Shown piece by piece: positions 1 to 9,501 of a DNA stretch of 60,388 bases (position 1 is its first letter; each line of letters opens with the position of its first letter). Position numbers and translations under genes: made by a program. A model generated the notes under the pieces. It was given only the letters and a program-made list of their open reading frames with translations. It did no database searches and was not told the DNA's origin. Origin of the DNA: Euryarchaeota archaeon UBA463 (GTDB taxonomy: Archaea > Thermoplasmatota > Poseidoniia > Poseidoniales > Thalassarchaeaceae); the NCBI GenBank assembly GCA_002501805.1, contig DAOI01000004.1, forward strand, positions 1-60,388, in the 5' to 3' direction.

Positions 1-463
1 TTCCCTTCGGTGAATCCCCCGGGCTCCATCCCAGGTAGATTCCGAAGACCGCCGTCAGCAATATCCCGATTACCGCTATGTCACGAGCTCCCAATCCCGA
101 ATCCGATGCGTAGTCTATGCAGAATATGGTGATCATTCCGAATACAGCCCATGCGACCAGTGCAGTGGCGGTAGTCACTGCCAAGGATCTCTGGGCCGAC
201 AAGTCCTGAATCCTCGGTGGTAGGTATATCCACACTGACAGGAAGATGGCGTTGATCAGCATTCCAGCCGGAACGACGGACAGGCTCTCAAGAAGCTCCG
301 CCTCTACCTGCGCGGAGGCCATCCCCGCAACGGCCGGCACTATTGTCGTGGGCACGGTGCCTAGTGCCCCCCCTAAAACGCCCCCGTATCTCTCTATCAG
401 CACGGTGACCAGTATCGCAACCAATCCGGCGGCAATCGCGGCAGACAGTATTTCACTTAGCAC
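1..463 (-). CDS. integral membrane protein, 3'-truncated by the window edge (start lies inside the window)
   Basis: Not in the ORF track because it runs off the window edge. Manual minus-strand translation from GTG at 463 (in-frame TAA two codons upstream) stays open to position 2: VLSEILSAAIAAGLVAILVTVLIERYGGVLGGALGTVPTTIVPAVAGMASAQ...AVIGILLTAVFGIYLGWSPGDSPKG. It has several hydrophobic helices. Family not recognised. The 246..491 + ORF is its Ala-rich antisense shadow. Confidence 0.5.
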   Translation of the reverse strand, partial: MLSEILSAAIAAGLVAILVTVLIERYGGVLGGALGTVPTTIVPAVAGMASAQVEAELLESLSVVPAGMLINAIFLSVWIYLPPRIQDLSAQRSLAVTTATALVAWAVFGMITIFCIDYASDSGLGARDIAVIGILLTAVFGIYLGWSPGDSPKG

Positions 464-504
464 GAATTACGGGATTGTCGAAGGCACATGATATTGACGA
501 CGGT

Positions 505-1410
505 CTATATGTTGTGACCCACATGCCCAGAGGTATCGTCCCAGCACTCGTGCTCGTAGTCGTAGATGGCTCCCTCATCAGGCAGACAAGGGTGGTGATT
601 GGTGAACACATCCCCATTGGTCAGCCAGGGCCTGACTATCCAAGCATGAGCCATCCAATACTCGCCAAGCATGACGTTCTCCCCGTCATTTTCCTCGCAC
701 TGCTCTTCGCTCAGGTCTTCGCCCCTGACTAGCATCAGCTCCATCTGGAAGCAGAGAGACTCATGCCTGTGCCACCAGTCGTTGTCCCCCGTGAAGCCCT
801 CAGGTGGGACGTCGGTGGGGGATCTCACGAACCAGGCGAATCCGACAAGCTCGGACTCGGCCTCCTCGCCAGCAAACATCAGGAACTCGGGTGTCGAGTA
901 GTCGAACTCCTCATCCAGAGAGGTCCCAGTGAACTCAGGGGAACTAGCATTGAACTCCTCGCTGTCCATCCTGAATTCCCCTAGCCTAGCGTGGTGGGTG
1001 CCCATCCCCTCGGTATACCCAACGAGCATGTGGAAGCCAGCCGCTTCGGCCTCTCCCAATGTGGCCCATTGGGATGACCATTCCAAGGCGGCTTGGAACT
1101 CGGCTGTGAGCGTCTCGCACTGCTCCCCAGAAAGCTCACCCTTCACCATCCCCTCATAGGCGGGGTCTACATGGTGCCCTCCTATTCCTGTCGAATTGCA
1201 CCACCATGGCATAGTATCGGGGATATATCCGCTAAGGGGACAGTCCATCTCCCCGTCTCCATCCAGATCCCCGCATACCCCTGCGTCTTCGGCATCAAGA
1301 AGCTCTGAATCATCATCTATGAAGCGTCTTCCCGTCTCTTCCTCGGATATACAACCGCTCAATGTGCCTGAAACGAATATCAGAGCGAGGGTAATGGAGA
1401 GTAACCTCAT
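505..1410 (-). CDS. secreted lipoprotein, acidic and His/Trp/Cys-rich, unknown function
   Basis: ORF 505..1443. The preferred start is ATG 1410, giving MRLLSITLALIFVSGTLSGC (basic n-region, hydrophobic core, LSGC lipobox). The mature part is acidic with repeated His/Trp/Cys patches: GGHHVD, GTHHARLGEF, WWHRHESLCF, MAHAWIVRPW, TNHHPCLPDE, YEHECWDD, GHVGHNI. No family recognised. Confidence 0.6.
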   Translation of the reverse strand: MRLLSITLALIFVSGTLSGCISEEETGRRFIDDDSELLDAEDAGVCGDLDGDGEMDCPLSGYIPDTMPWWCNSTGIGGHHVDPAYEGMVKGELSGEQCETLTAEFQAALEWSSQWATLGEAEAAGFHMLVGYTEGMGTHHARLGEFRMDSEEFNASSPEFTGTSLDEEFDYSTPEFLMFAGEEAESELVGFAWFVRSPTDVPPEGFTGDNDWWHRHESLCFQMELMLVRGEDLSEEQCEENDGENVMLGEYWMAHAWIVRPWLTNGDVFTNHHPCLPDEGAIYDYEHECWDDTSGHVGHNI

Positions 1411-1451
1411 GAATATGACTGATAGTATTGCCCAATAAATCAATCCCTTCG

Positions 1452-2849
1452 ATGCTCGTTAGGAGCGAGCCATTGATGGGCCTCTTCCGCCCGCTTAGCG
1501 TCATGGAGGACTGGCCGGACCCGGGTACGCCCATCAGACTGGTGGTGAAGACATGGGCCGGTCTCGACGAGCACGTGGGACTAGCTCTGCCCTCAGCTGG
1601 ACCGGGTTTGGTAACGATCAAGCTTGTGAATGGATACAATCTTTCTTTCCCCAGCTCGTATGTGGAGGAGTTCGAGCTCATGGGCGAGATACCAGAGCCT
1701 CAGGAGGCCATTCCAGAACCGATCAAGCAGGACGAGTCCCTGCCCCTGGTCCACCTGATCCACACAGGGGGGACCATAGCAAGCAAGGTTGACTACTCCA
1801 CGGGCGCAGTGACAGCCAGGTTCGAGCCTAGCGAGTTACTACAGGCAGTGCCCGAGCTGAGGTCCATAGCTAGGATAAGGGCCGTCAAGCTCGGAAACAT
1901 GTGGTCAGACGACATAAGGCCCAGACATTGGAACAGGTTGCTCAAGGCCACCGAGGAGGCGTTTGCCGAGGGAGCGGTTGGAGTTGTGATAACCCATGGT
2001 ACCGACACACTTCACCTATCTGCGGCCGCGATGTCCTACGGATGGTCGGGATCGGGGGGCAGGCCACCAGGACGAATAGTACTGACAGGCTCTCAGAGGT
2101 CTCCCGATAGGGGATCTTCTGATGCCCCAGAGAATCTCATCTCAGCGGTATACTGGGCCGCCAATGGCCCCGAACCGACTGGGTACAGGGACTCGTCCGT
2201 CGTGGTCACGCATGCCACATCGTCCGACGGAAGATGTACTGTTTTGCCAGGGTGCGCTTGCAGGAAATACCACTCATCCAGGAGGGACGCTTTCAAGTCG
2301 ATAAATCAAGATCCAATAGCCCACGTGGAGTTCGGCACGGAAGGGCCTCGAATAGTTATGGAGGAGCTGGACCCACAGGACGCTCGGTCGGAGGCCATTT
2401 CTCCCACAATGTTCGATGACACGGTCAGGATAGCTCAGTTCGTTTCCGACGGACATCTTCATTCAGACATCGTCAACTCTGCCATAGAGCTGGGATATGA
2501 TGCCCTTCTCTTCCATGGAACCGGCCTGGGTCACCTTCCGATATCGGACCCCCAAGAGGACTCTCCTGAGAACACCAAGCTGAGGCTACTCCTGGAGGAC
2601 TACTGCGAGGACGGGGGAATAGCAGTCGTAGTCACGCAGACCGTGCACGGGCCAGTTCATCTTGACGTATACAGCAAGGGGAGGGTTCAGCAAACGATAG
2701 GGATCATTGGCAACGGGTCTCTTTGCCCGCCAGGCTCTGCTCTGGTGAAGTTGCATTTCCTGCTCTCTTCGGACAGATCTCAAGAATCCGTGTCCGAGGG
2801 ATGGGGCAAGGACCTCTTGGGAGAGAATCCGCCAAACGTCCGTAACTGA
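1452..2849 (+). CDS. gatD: Glu-tRNA(Gln) amidotransferase subunit D (asparaginase-like)
   Basis: HTGGTIASKVDYSTGAV and VVITHGTDTL are asparaginase-type motifs. The N-terminal domain is GatD-type (VTIKLVNGYNLSF). The track start is TTG 1428; ATG 1452 (MLVRSEP) avoids overlap with the divergent neighbour. Confidence 0.8.
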   Translation: MLVRSEPLMGLFRPLSVMEDWPDPGTPIRLVVKTWAGLDEHVGLALPSAGPGLVTIKLVNGYNLSFPSSYVEEFELMGEIPEPQEAIPEPIKQDESLPLVHLIHTGGTIASKVDYSTGAVTARFEPSELLQAVPELRSIARIRAVKLGNMWSDDIRPRHWNRLLKATEEAFAEGAVGVVITHGTDTLHLSAAAMSYGWSGSGGRPPGRIVLTGSQRSPDRGSSDAPENLISAVYWAANGPEPTGYRDSSVVVTHATSSDGRCTVLPGCACRKYHSSRRDAFKSINQDPIAHVEFGTEGPRIVMEELDPQDARSEAISPTMFDDTVRIAQFVSDGHLHSDIVNSAIELGYDALLFHGTGLGHLPISDPQEDSPENTKLRLLLEDYCEDGGIAVVVTQTVHGPVHLDVYSKGRVQQTIGIIGNGSLCPPGSALVKLHFLLSSDRSQESVSEGWGKDLLGENPPNVRN

Positions 2850-2880
2850 GATTCAAAGACCTCCTAGCATTCGGGGGGGC

Positions 2881-3972
2881 ATGACGGCCCCTGATGTGCC
2901 ATTCCAATTCCAAAGAACAGGTCACGTTTCTCGAAATAGGGCAGTACTGGCCGCAATGACGAACAAGCAGAGCTCTGAGGACGGCACACTGTCAGAGGAT
3001 GAGATCAACTGGCTTCTGATGAGAGCAGAGGGGGGATTCGGAATTATCACCACCGCGGCCACTCACGTAGTCCCAGAAGGCCAAGGCTGGAAGGGAGAAA
3101 TGGGGGTCTGGGGGGATCATCATGTCCCGGGACTCACAAGACTCGCCACCGGTATAAGGGAAAGGGGGGCTATTAGTCTGGCACAGATATTCCATGGAGG
3201 GATGTTCGCGCCTGAGGCTATCACAGGGGTCCGCCCTGTATCCGCTAGCGAGAATCCTCTGTCAAAGGACTCTGATGAGACCTCAAAAGAGCTATCTTAC
3301 GACGAGATTGAGTCGATCATTTCGTCATTCGGAGACGCGGCCTCAAGATGCGCCAAAGCAGGATTCGATGGGGTCGAGCTACATGGGGCCCATGGGTATC
3401 TGATATGCCAGTTTCTCGGAGAGAAAACGAACAGAAGGGAAGATGTATGGGGGGGGGAAATATTCGATAGAGCAAGGTTTCTCATGAGGATCATACAGGA
3501 TGTCAGGAACAAGGTTCCCGAGGACTTCATTCTGGGTGTAAGAATTTCACCTGAGCATAGGAAGGTGGGCGTCAGGCTCGAGGATAGCTTGGAGCTAGCA
3601 GAGATGCTTTCCGAGGCTGGAATCGACTTTCTGCATATATCCTGCTGGGACTGTTCTTGGGGCTCCTCGGAGTTCCCTGAAGACGAGAGGACATTGACGC
3701 AGTGGTTTTCGGACAGGCTAGGGAAGAGCGTCCCAATAATATCGGCAGGGGGGATCTGGTCTACTTCCGATGCCAAGGCAGTAATGGCGAATGGTGCGGA
3801 CATGGTCGCTGTAGCTCGAGCGGCAATAGGCCATGCCGATTGGGCCTCTCACATTTCAGAAGAGAACTACTCTCCAATGAAACCTCCATTTTCCAACCAT
3901 CACCTATTAGAACAGGGACTCAGTGAAACGTTTGTCGACTACATGAGGGGATGGGACGGATTCGTCGCTTAG
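2881..3972 (+). CDS. NADH:flavin oxidoreductase, Old Yellow Enzyme family
   Basis: GFDGVELHGAHGYLICQFL is the OYE TIM-barrel signature. The N-terminal VLAAMT...DG motif and the ~360 aa length also fit. Confidence 0.8.
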   Translation: MTAPDVPFQFQRTGHVSRNRAVLAAMTNKQSSEDGTLSEDEINWLLMRAEGGFGIITTAATHVVPEGQGWKGEMGVWGDHHVPGLTRLATGIRERGAISLAQIFHGGMFAPEAITGVRPVSASENPLSKDSDETSKELSYDEIESIISSFGDAASRCAKAGFDGVELHGAHGYLICQFLGEKTNRREDVWGGEIFDRARFLMRIIQDVRNKVPEDFILGVRISPEHRKVGVRLEDSLELAEMLSEAGIDFLHISCWDCSWGSSEFPEDERTLTQWFSDRLGKSVPIISAGGIWSTSDAKAVMANGADMVAVARAAIGHADWASHISEENYSPMKPPFSNHHLLEQGLSETFVDYMRGWDGFVA

Positions 3973-3984
3973 GCCTACTTACTG

Positions 3985-5562
3985 ATGTACCGACTACCAC
4001 ATGGGCGATTCATGCCTGAGGCATCGCGAAGCGACGAGCTCGATGCGATGAGGCAGTCAGCGTATTCTCCCGGCGACTCATCAAGCCTCAGAGAGCTAAG
4101 GGCGGAGGGAAGGAAGACTGCGAGGGAGAGGATATCGGAGCTCCTCGACCCCAACTCGTTCGTTGAGGTGGATGCCTTCGTACAGCACAGAGCAGGAGAT
4201 CACAACATGCATCTCCACAGGCCACTGGGCGATGGAGTGGTTGCCGGGCATGGGATGATTGATGGCAGGAGGGTCGTTTGCTTTGCCCAAGACTACTCTG
4301 TTTTCTCCGGATCCATGGGGGAGATGCACGCCAAAAAAGTCGCAAAGGTTGCCGAGTTCGCCGAGAAGTCACAATTGCCGCTAATAGGAATCTGGGATGG
4401 AGACGGACAGAGGGTCGAGGAGGGCGTGACTTCACTGGGGGCCACGGGAGAACTGTTGGATATCTTGGTAGCCTGCTCGGGCAGGATACCGTTGTTCTCC
4501 CTCGTACTCGGAACCGTATCGGGAGTCAGTGCCCTAGCCGCAGGGCTCTCCGACTTCGTCATCCTCGGCTCTGATCATGGGAAGATGTTCATGAGGAGCC
4601 CGTATATGATTCCAGAGATAATCGAGGGAGCTGTTGATGAGGATTCCCTAGGAGGCGCGGAGCAACATGCTAGCAGGAGTGGTGTTGCCTGCATGGTTGC
4701 CGATGACGAACGAGACGCATTCGACATCGTAGCGGAGATACTGTCATTCCTCCCGGACCATACTCTAGCGGAACCCCTTGTACTCAGGGGCTCGGACGCA
4801 TGGGACAGGAAGTGCGAGGGGCTCGAAGAGCTGGTGCCTTCAGACCCAAATCGGCCGTATGACATGAGGAAGGTCATCAAGGAAATCGTAGACGAAGGCA
4901 GGTTCTTAGAGCTCTCAGAGTACTATGCAGAGAACGTGGTCATAGGATTCGCCAGACTAGATGGGCATTCCGTGGGAATCGTAGGGAACCAACCCAGTGT
5001 ATTAGCAGGATGCCTGGATATCGATGCGTCCGTCAAGGCCGCGCGATTCATCAGAACGTGTGACTGCTACAACATACCAATCGTGACTTTCGTGGATGTC
5101 CCAGGCTTCCTCCCCGGCACTGTCCAAGAGTGGGGAGGGATAATAAGGCACGGAGCAAAGCTCCTCTACTCGTACGCCGAGGCAACGGTTCCCAAGATGG
5201 CGGTAGTTACCAGGAAGGCCTACGGAGGGGCTTATCTGGCGATGAGTTGCAAGCACCTCGGCTCAGACTACAACGTCTCATGGCCCGGCGGGGAGCTTGC
5301 CGTCATGGGCGCCGAGGGGGCGGTGAATATCATCCACAGGAAGGAGCTCTCCGAAGCGAGTGACGTAGATGGGGTCAGGAACGAGCTAATCAACGAGTAC
5401 AAGACCAAATTTGGCGACCCTTATGTGGCAGCTAAGCACGGATGGCTAGACGATGTTGTCGAGCCTTCAGATACTAGGAAATTGTTAGTTAGGGCACTCA
5501 AACCCTTACTAAACAAGAGGGAGTGGGTCCCTCCGAAGAAGCATGGTAACATACCATTGTAA
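3985..5562 (+). CDS. acyl-CoA carboxylase carboxyltransferase subunit (propionyl-CoA carboxylase beta / methylmalonyl-CoA decarboxylase alpha family)
   Basis: Full-length carboxyltransferase pattern: TARERISELLDPNSFVE, GSMGEMHAKK, GIVGNQPSVLAGCLDIDASVKAARFIRTCDCYNIPIVTFVDVPGFLPG, AYGGAYLAM. No biotin carrier or biotin carboxylase gene is adjacent. Confidence 0.85.
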   Translation: MYRLPHGRFMPEASRSDELDAMRQSAYSPGDSSSLRELRAEGRKTARERISELLDPNSFVEVDAFVQHRAGDHNMHLHRPLGDGVVAGHGMIDGRRVVCFAQDYSVFSGSMGEMHAKKVAKVAEFAEKSQLPLIGIWDGDGQRVEEGVTSLGATGELLDILVACSGRIPLFSLVLGTVSGVSALAAGLSDFVILGSDHGKMFMRSPYMIPEIIEGAVDEDSLGGAEQHASRSGVACMVADDERDAFDIVAEILSFLPDHTLAEPLVLRGSDAWDRKCEGLEELVPSDPNRPYDMRKVIKEIVDEGRFLELSEYYAENVVIGFARLDGHSVGIVGNQPSVLAGCLDIDASVKAARFIRTCDCYNIPIVTFVDVPGFLPGTVQEWGGIIRHGAKLLYSYAEATVPKMAVVTRKAYGGAYLAMSCKHLGSDYNVSWPGGELAVMGAEGAVNIIHRKELSEASDVDGVRNELINEYKTKFGDPYVAAKHGWLDDVVEPSDTRKLLVRALKPLLNKREWVPPKKHGNIPL

Positions 5563-5583
5563 AAATGTAAAAAAGGAGTAATT

Positions 5584-5844
5584 ATGGCTATTTTCGATTA
5601 TCTCAAAAGCATGATAGCACTCGCAATTCTTGCTTTTATTGGGTACATAAATATCTGGGCCTTCAACTTCACAGGCGAGGCCACCGCAGAGCGACACGGT
5701 GACTTGGCTTCACTATATGCGTTTACTTTGCAAGTTACTCTTTTGCTATTTACTATCCTCGTTGTTGGTTTATTTCTGTCTTATCGGTCCCTCAAAAAGG
5801 AAAATAAACGCCTGAAGTCCAAGTTAGAAAGTCAAGGAGACTAA
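5584..5844 (+). CDS. small two-TM membrane protein with a Lys-rich C-terminal helix
   Basis: AAGGAG lies 6 nt upstream of ATG 5584. Two hydrophobic helices (ALAILAFIGYINIWAF; VTLLLFTILVVGLFL) are followed by KKENKRLKSKLESQGD. The gene is visibly more A/T-rich than its flanks. Its stop overlaps the aroE stop (CTAA). Confidence 0.5.
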   Translation: MAIFDYLKSMIALAILAFIGYINIWAFNFTGEATAERHGDLASLYAFTLQVTLLLFTILVVGLFLSYRSLKKENKRLKSKLESQGD

Positions 5845-6584
5845 TGCCTTTCTTCAAGCAATTCCAGTAATTCTATCAACGAAGGTAACTTTTCAATTTT
5901 ATTGGGAGAAAAGAATTTTTTCCAAGCTTCGAGATGCTGTGCAGCAACCATGATTACAGCAAAATCATCAATCTTCCAATCTTCATCGTAAGAGATGGAG
6001 ACTTGTCGTCCAGCAGGCAGTGGGAAAGACCCCCCTACTCCCGCCTCGACATCGAGATCTACAGATAGGTCAGCTTTTAGTGAATCGTCTACGATTGAAA
6101 CGTCCCAAGGACCCCCAGCTAGAGCCCTCCTTCCCCTGACTGGGATTATCTGACCTCCCTCCTTCGACCAGGAATAAGCTATCGAACGTGCGGTAGATCC
6201 CCCTCCCCGAATTCTGAGAATGCTCCCACCGGGTTCCACGCCAATATGCCTACAGGCCATTATGAATCCTCTTCCATCTGAATTGGAAACGCTCCACTCC
6301 CCATCCATTCTCACCAACTGGTTTACTGCCTGAATTTCTTCCTCACTTTCACAACCAAGTCTCTTCCAGACAGAGTGCTTGAGAGGGCTGGTACATGAAA
6401 TCCATAGTTCTCCCTCCAGTTTTTCCGCCCTCTGGAAGAATTCATCGGCATCCCCGGCCTCTAGGAATACGGTTTTCACACTTCCAGAACCAAGGAAATC
6501 ACCGAGAATCTCGAAAAGTCGAGGAGTCAGGGAATGAGAGATCGGATAGCCAGCAACGCCCCAGTAGTTAGGATAGTCCAACAT
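5841..6584 (-). CDS. aroE: shikimate dehydrogenase-like (short AroE)
   Basis: GVAGYPISHSLTPRLF matches the AroE G-x-P-I-x-HS-x-SP motif. CTSPLKH corresponds to NVTxPxK, NQLV...SNSDGRGF to NT...NTDxxGF, and IRGGGSTARS to GAGGAA. Confidence 0.65.
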   Translation of the reverse strand: MLDYPNYWGVAGYPISHSLTPRLFEILGDFLGSGSVKTVFLEAGDADEFFQRAEKLEGELWISCTSPLKHSVWKRLGCESEEEIQAVNQLVRMDGEWSVSNSDGRGFIMACRHIGVEPGGSILRIRGGGSTARSIAYSWSKEGGQIIPVRGRRALAGGPWDVSIVDDSLKADLSVDLDVEAGVGGSFPLPAGRQVSISYDEDWKIDDFAVIMVAAQHLEAWKKFFSPNKIEKLPSLIELLELLEERH

Positions 6585-6670
6585 CCATGCCCCCTCTCAG
6601 ATTGACCGTCCCTGTGCCCCATTGAGAATGATTCGGTCGATAGTTCTCTGACCGAAAATAACGGGTATGT

Positions 6671-8404
6671 ATGGCCCCTCCGGGATACGTGGACAGCGAC
6701 CTTGAGATAGCACGCTCAACTAAACCGATGAAGATCGAGGAAGTAGCTGAACAACTTGGACTGACTCCCAGTGACTTGATTATGCACGGGCCTCACATAG
6801 CCAAGGTCTCTTGGCAATCCCTATCCTCGGGAAAATCAAACAAGAGGGGTAAGCTAATCCTAGTGACCAGTGTCAATCCGACCCCCTTTGGGGAGGGCAA
6901 GACAGTGACCACGATAGGCCTGAACCAAGGCCTGAACCATCGAGGTCACAACGCCTGTTGCGTGATCAGGGAACCGTCCCTGGGCCCGGTCTTCGGCATC
7001 AAGGGAGGTGCCGCTGGGGGGGGCTTCTCACAGGTCCTTCCGATGGAGCAAATTAACCTGCATTTCACTGGTGATTTGCACGCCATAACCGCCGCACACA
7101 ACCTATGCTCAGCAATCTTGGATAATCACCTGCACAGGGGAAACGATCTTGAAATCGATACGAATAGGATTTTCTGGCCCAGAGTCATAGATATGAACGA
7201 CAGGACGCTGAGGGAAGTCAGCATTGGATTGGGTGGTCCAGCAACGGGTGTTACAAGATCCGAAAGATTCGATATCACTGCCGCAAGTGAGGTAATGGCA
7301 ATCCTCTCGCTTTCCAAGAGCTACGAGGATCTGAGGTCGAGACTAGGCAGGATAATTGTCGCAGAGTCGAAGTCAGGACTCCCAGTAACCGCGGAGCAAC
7401 TCGGTGCTTCCGGATCGATGGCCCTTCTGCTCAGAGAGGCAATGCTGCCCAATCTTGTACAAACCCTAGAAGGGAATCCGGCCTTCGTCCATTGCGGGCC
7501 ATTCGCCAACATCGCCCACGGGAACTCCTCGATAATCGCCGATGACCTAGCACTGTCTAGGTCAGATTATGTAGTCACGGAAGCAGGATTCGGTGCAGAG
7601 ATGGGTGCTGAGAAAGCCCTTCACATCAAGGCCCTTGCATCGGGGGTCGCACCTAGCTGCATAGTCCTCAACGTCACAGTCAGATCGATGAAGTTGCATG
7701 GGGGCGGAGTCGCTGGAGGAGGAGGCTCTAGGCCCACCAAAGAAGAGATCGAGACAGAGAACGTAGAAGCGGTCCGTGCTGGAGCCGCTTCAAACCTCAG
7801 AAGGCATGTCAGAAACCTGGCAATGACCGACATACCCGTCGTCGTGTCAATAAACAGATTCCATACGGATACTGAAGCAGAAATAGATGCAATTAGGGAT
7901 GAAGCAACTAAGGCCGGAGCCGTGGACATAGTTCTCTTCGAGGGATTCTCAAAGGGAGGGAAAGGAGCCGCGGAACTCGCAGACTCAGTTGTTTCCGCTT
8001 GCTCCAAGCACGAGCAGGACGGAAGTCCATTCAGCCCCATAGTCGATCCCGGGATGCCTTCCAATGAGGCTATCCTAAGGATTGGAACCAATGTCTACGG
8101 GGCCAATAACGTAGATTTGAGCGATTCAGCACATTCATCATTGGAGAAGTTCAAGAAATGGGGCTTTGGAAACCTCCCGGTTTGCATGGCTAAGACGCAG
8201 TACTCTTTCAGCCATGACAAGAAGGTCCTGGGGGCACCAGTAGGATTCACTCTGCAAGTCAGAGAAACCAGACTCAACGCTGGGGCTGGGTTCATCGTAG
8301 CCGTGTGCGGTTCGATGATGACCATGCCAGGATTGCCCAGCAGGCCAGCCGCCATGGACATGGACATGGATGAAGAGGGCAGGCTCACTGGAGTCTTTGG
8401 ATAG
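6671..8404 (+). CDS. fhs: formate--tetrahydrofolate ligase
   Basis: SDLEIARS at the N-terminus, the PTPFGEGKTVTTIGL P-loop-like signature, HGNSSIIAD and the C-terminal MPGLPSRPAA are all present. The ~577 aa length fits. Confidence 0.9.
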   Translation: MAPPGYVDSDLEIARSTKPMKIEEVAEQLGLTPSDLIMHGPHIAKVSWQSLSSGKSNKRGKLILVTSVNPTPFGEGKTVTTIGLNQGLNHRGHNACCVIREPSLGPVFGIKGGAAGGGFSQVLPMEQINLHFTGDLHAITAAHNLCSAILDNHLHRGNDLEIDTNRIFWPRVIDMNDRTLREVSIGLGGPATGVTRSERFDITAASEVMAILSLSKSYEDLRSRLGRIIVAESKSGLPVTAEQLGASGSMALLLREAMLPNLVQTLEGNPAFVHCGPFANIAHGNSSIIADDLALSRSDYVVTEAGFGAEMGAEKALHIKALASGVAPSCIVLNVTVRSMKLHGGGVAGGGGSRPTKEEIETENVEAVRAGAASNLRRHVRNLAMTDIPVVVSINRFHTDTEAEIDAIRDEATKAGAVDIVLFEGFSKGGKGAAELADSVVSACSKHEQDGSPFSPIVDPGMPSNEAILRIGTNVYGANNVDLSDSAHSSLEKFKKWGFGNLPVCMAKTQYSFSHDKKVLGAPVGFTLQVRETRLNAGAGFIVAVCGSMMTMPGLPSRPAAMDMDMDEEGRLTGVFG

Positions 8405-8415
8405 GTAGTGGTGCG

Positions 8416-9477
8416 ATGCGTCGGGTCAAGCGTCTTGATGAGGGAGTCAGGCTACGCGTGGAAGATCAGGACGACCTTTGGGTAATAGCTCAGATTTGCA
8501 GGCCTGGCTCATCAGTTGGTATGCTATCTCACAGAAGGGACTCAACTACCGGGACCAAGGAAGACGGAAGGGCCAAGAGCGCTGAGAGGAAGCCGATGTG
8601 GATCGTCCTCAGGACTCAAGAAACAGCATTTCAGTCATTCACAGACAACCTAAGGGTGCATGGCATCATAGAAGAGGCCAAGATAGACATTGGTAGTCAC
8701 CACACACATGTCGTTTCACCTGGTGACGAAGTTGAGATATCAAGGGAGGGCGGTCTGGCAAAACCAGATTTAGATCTGATAAACGAGGCAATATCTTCGG
8801 GTACAAAGGCCAAGGCTGGACTAATCGTAGTGGAGTCCGATGAGGTTCTAGTTTTCGAGGTGACATCCAGAGGAATCAGAGATGTTTCCAATTTCTCAAT
8901 GAGAGGGGGAGGGAAGAGGGTATCTGACTCAGCTTCAGTCAGGAAGGCCTTCTTCGAGAATGTTGCCAATGAGGTAAGAATGGTCTTCAGGGACGAAATG
9001 CCACTAGTGATATGTGGCCCAGGAATGGCTAGGGAGCAGTTTGAGGCCAATCTAAGGGAACTAGGATGCAAGAACACCATCTCCAATGCGGCTACTTCCA
9101 TCGGTGGAAGGTCAGCGGCAAACGAGGTTCTCACAGAAGGTGCGGCTGATGCGGTTCTGGGTGAGCACGTACTAGTCAGAGAGATTAGAGCAATCGAGGA
9201 GGCGCTCAGGAGAGTATCCGTGAATGGGGCTGTTACTTACGGTATGTCACCAATATCGGAGGCGGCATCACAGGGAGCCGTCGAATCACTAATAATCGAC
9301 GCCTCATTACTTAGAGGCGAGGATGAAACATCCCGTGAGAAGTGGGAATCTATCTGCTCGGAGATAAAGTCTTCACGAGGGGCCATAATACAAGCCTCCA
9401 CGGATCACGATGCAGGACAGCAGTTACTTGGAATGGGCGGGGCCATCGCATTGCTAAGGTGGAAGCTAGACCACTAA
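8416..9477 (+). CDS. pelA: Pelota (mRNA surveillance / ribosome rescue factor)
   Basis: The N-terminus LRVEDQDDLWVIAQICRPG is Pelota domain 1. The central and eRF1-like C-terminal domains (VICGPGMAREQF) are present. The ~353 aa length fits. Confidence 0.85.
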   Translation: MRRVKRLDEGVRLRVEDQDDLWVIAQICRPGSSVGMLSHRRDSTTGTKEDGRAKSAERKPMWIVLRTQETAFQSFTDNLRVHGIIEEAKIDIGSHHTHVVSPGDEVEISREGGLAKPDLDLINEAISSGTKAKAGLIVVESDEVLVFEVTSRGIRDVSNFSMRGGGKRVSDSASVRKAFFENVANEVRMVFRDEMPLVICGPGMAREQFEANLRELGCKNTISNAATSIGGRSAANEVLTEGAADAVLGEHVLVREIRAIEEALRRVSVNGAVTYGMSPISEAASQGAVESLIIDASLLRGEDETSREKWESICSEIKSSRGAIIQASTDHDAGQQLLGMGGAIALLRWKLDH

Positions 9478-9501
9478 TCCTATCACTCGACCTCCTCAGG
9501 T

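Noticed and set aside
246-491. 81-aa + strand ORF at the left edge (Ala/Ser/Thr/Pro-rich)
   Set aside because: It lies entirely antisense to a better minus-strand membrane-protein reading frame (1..463). It has low-complexity composition and no start-site signal.
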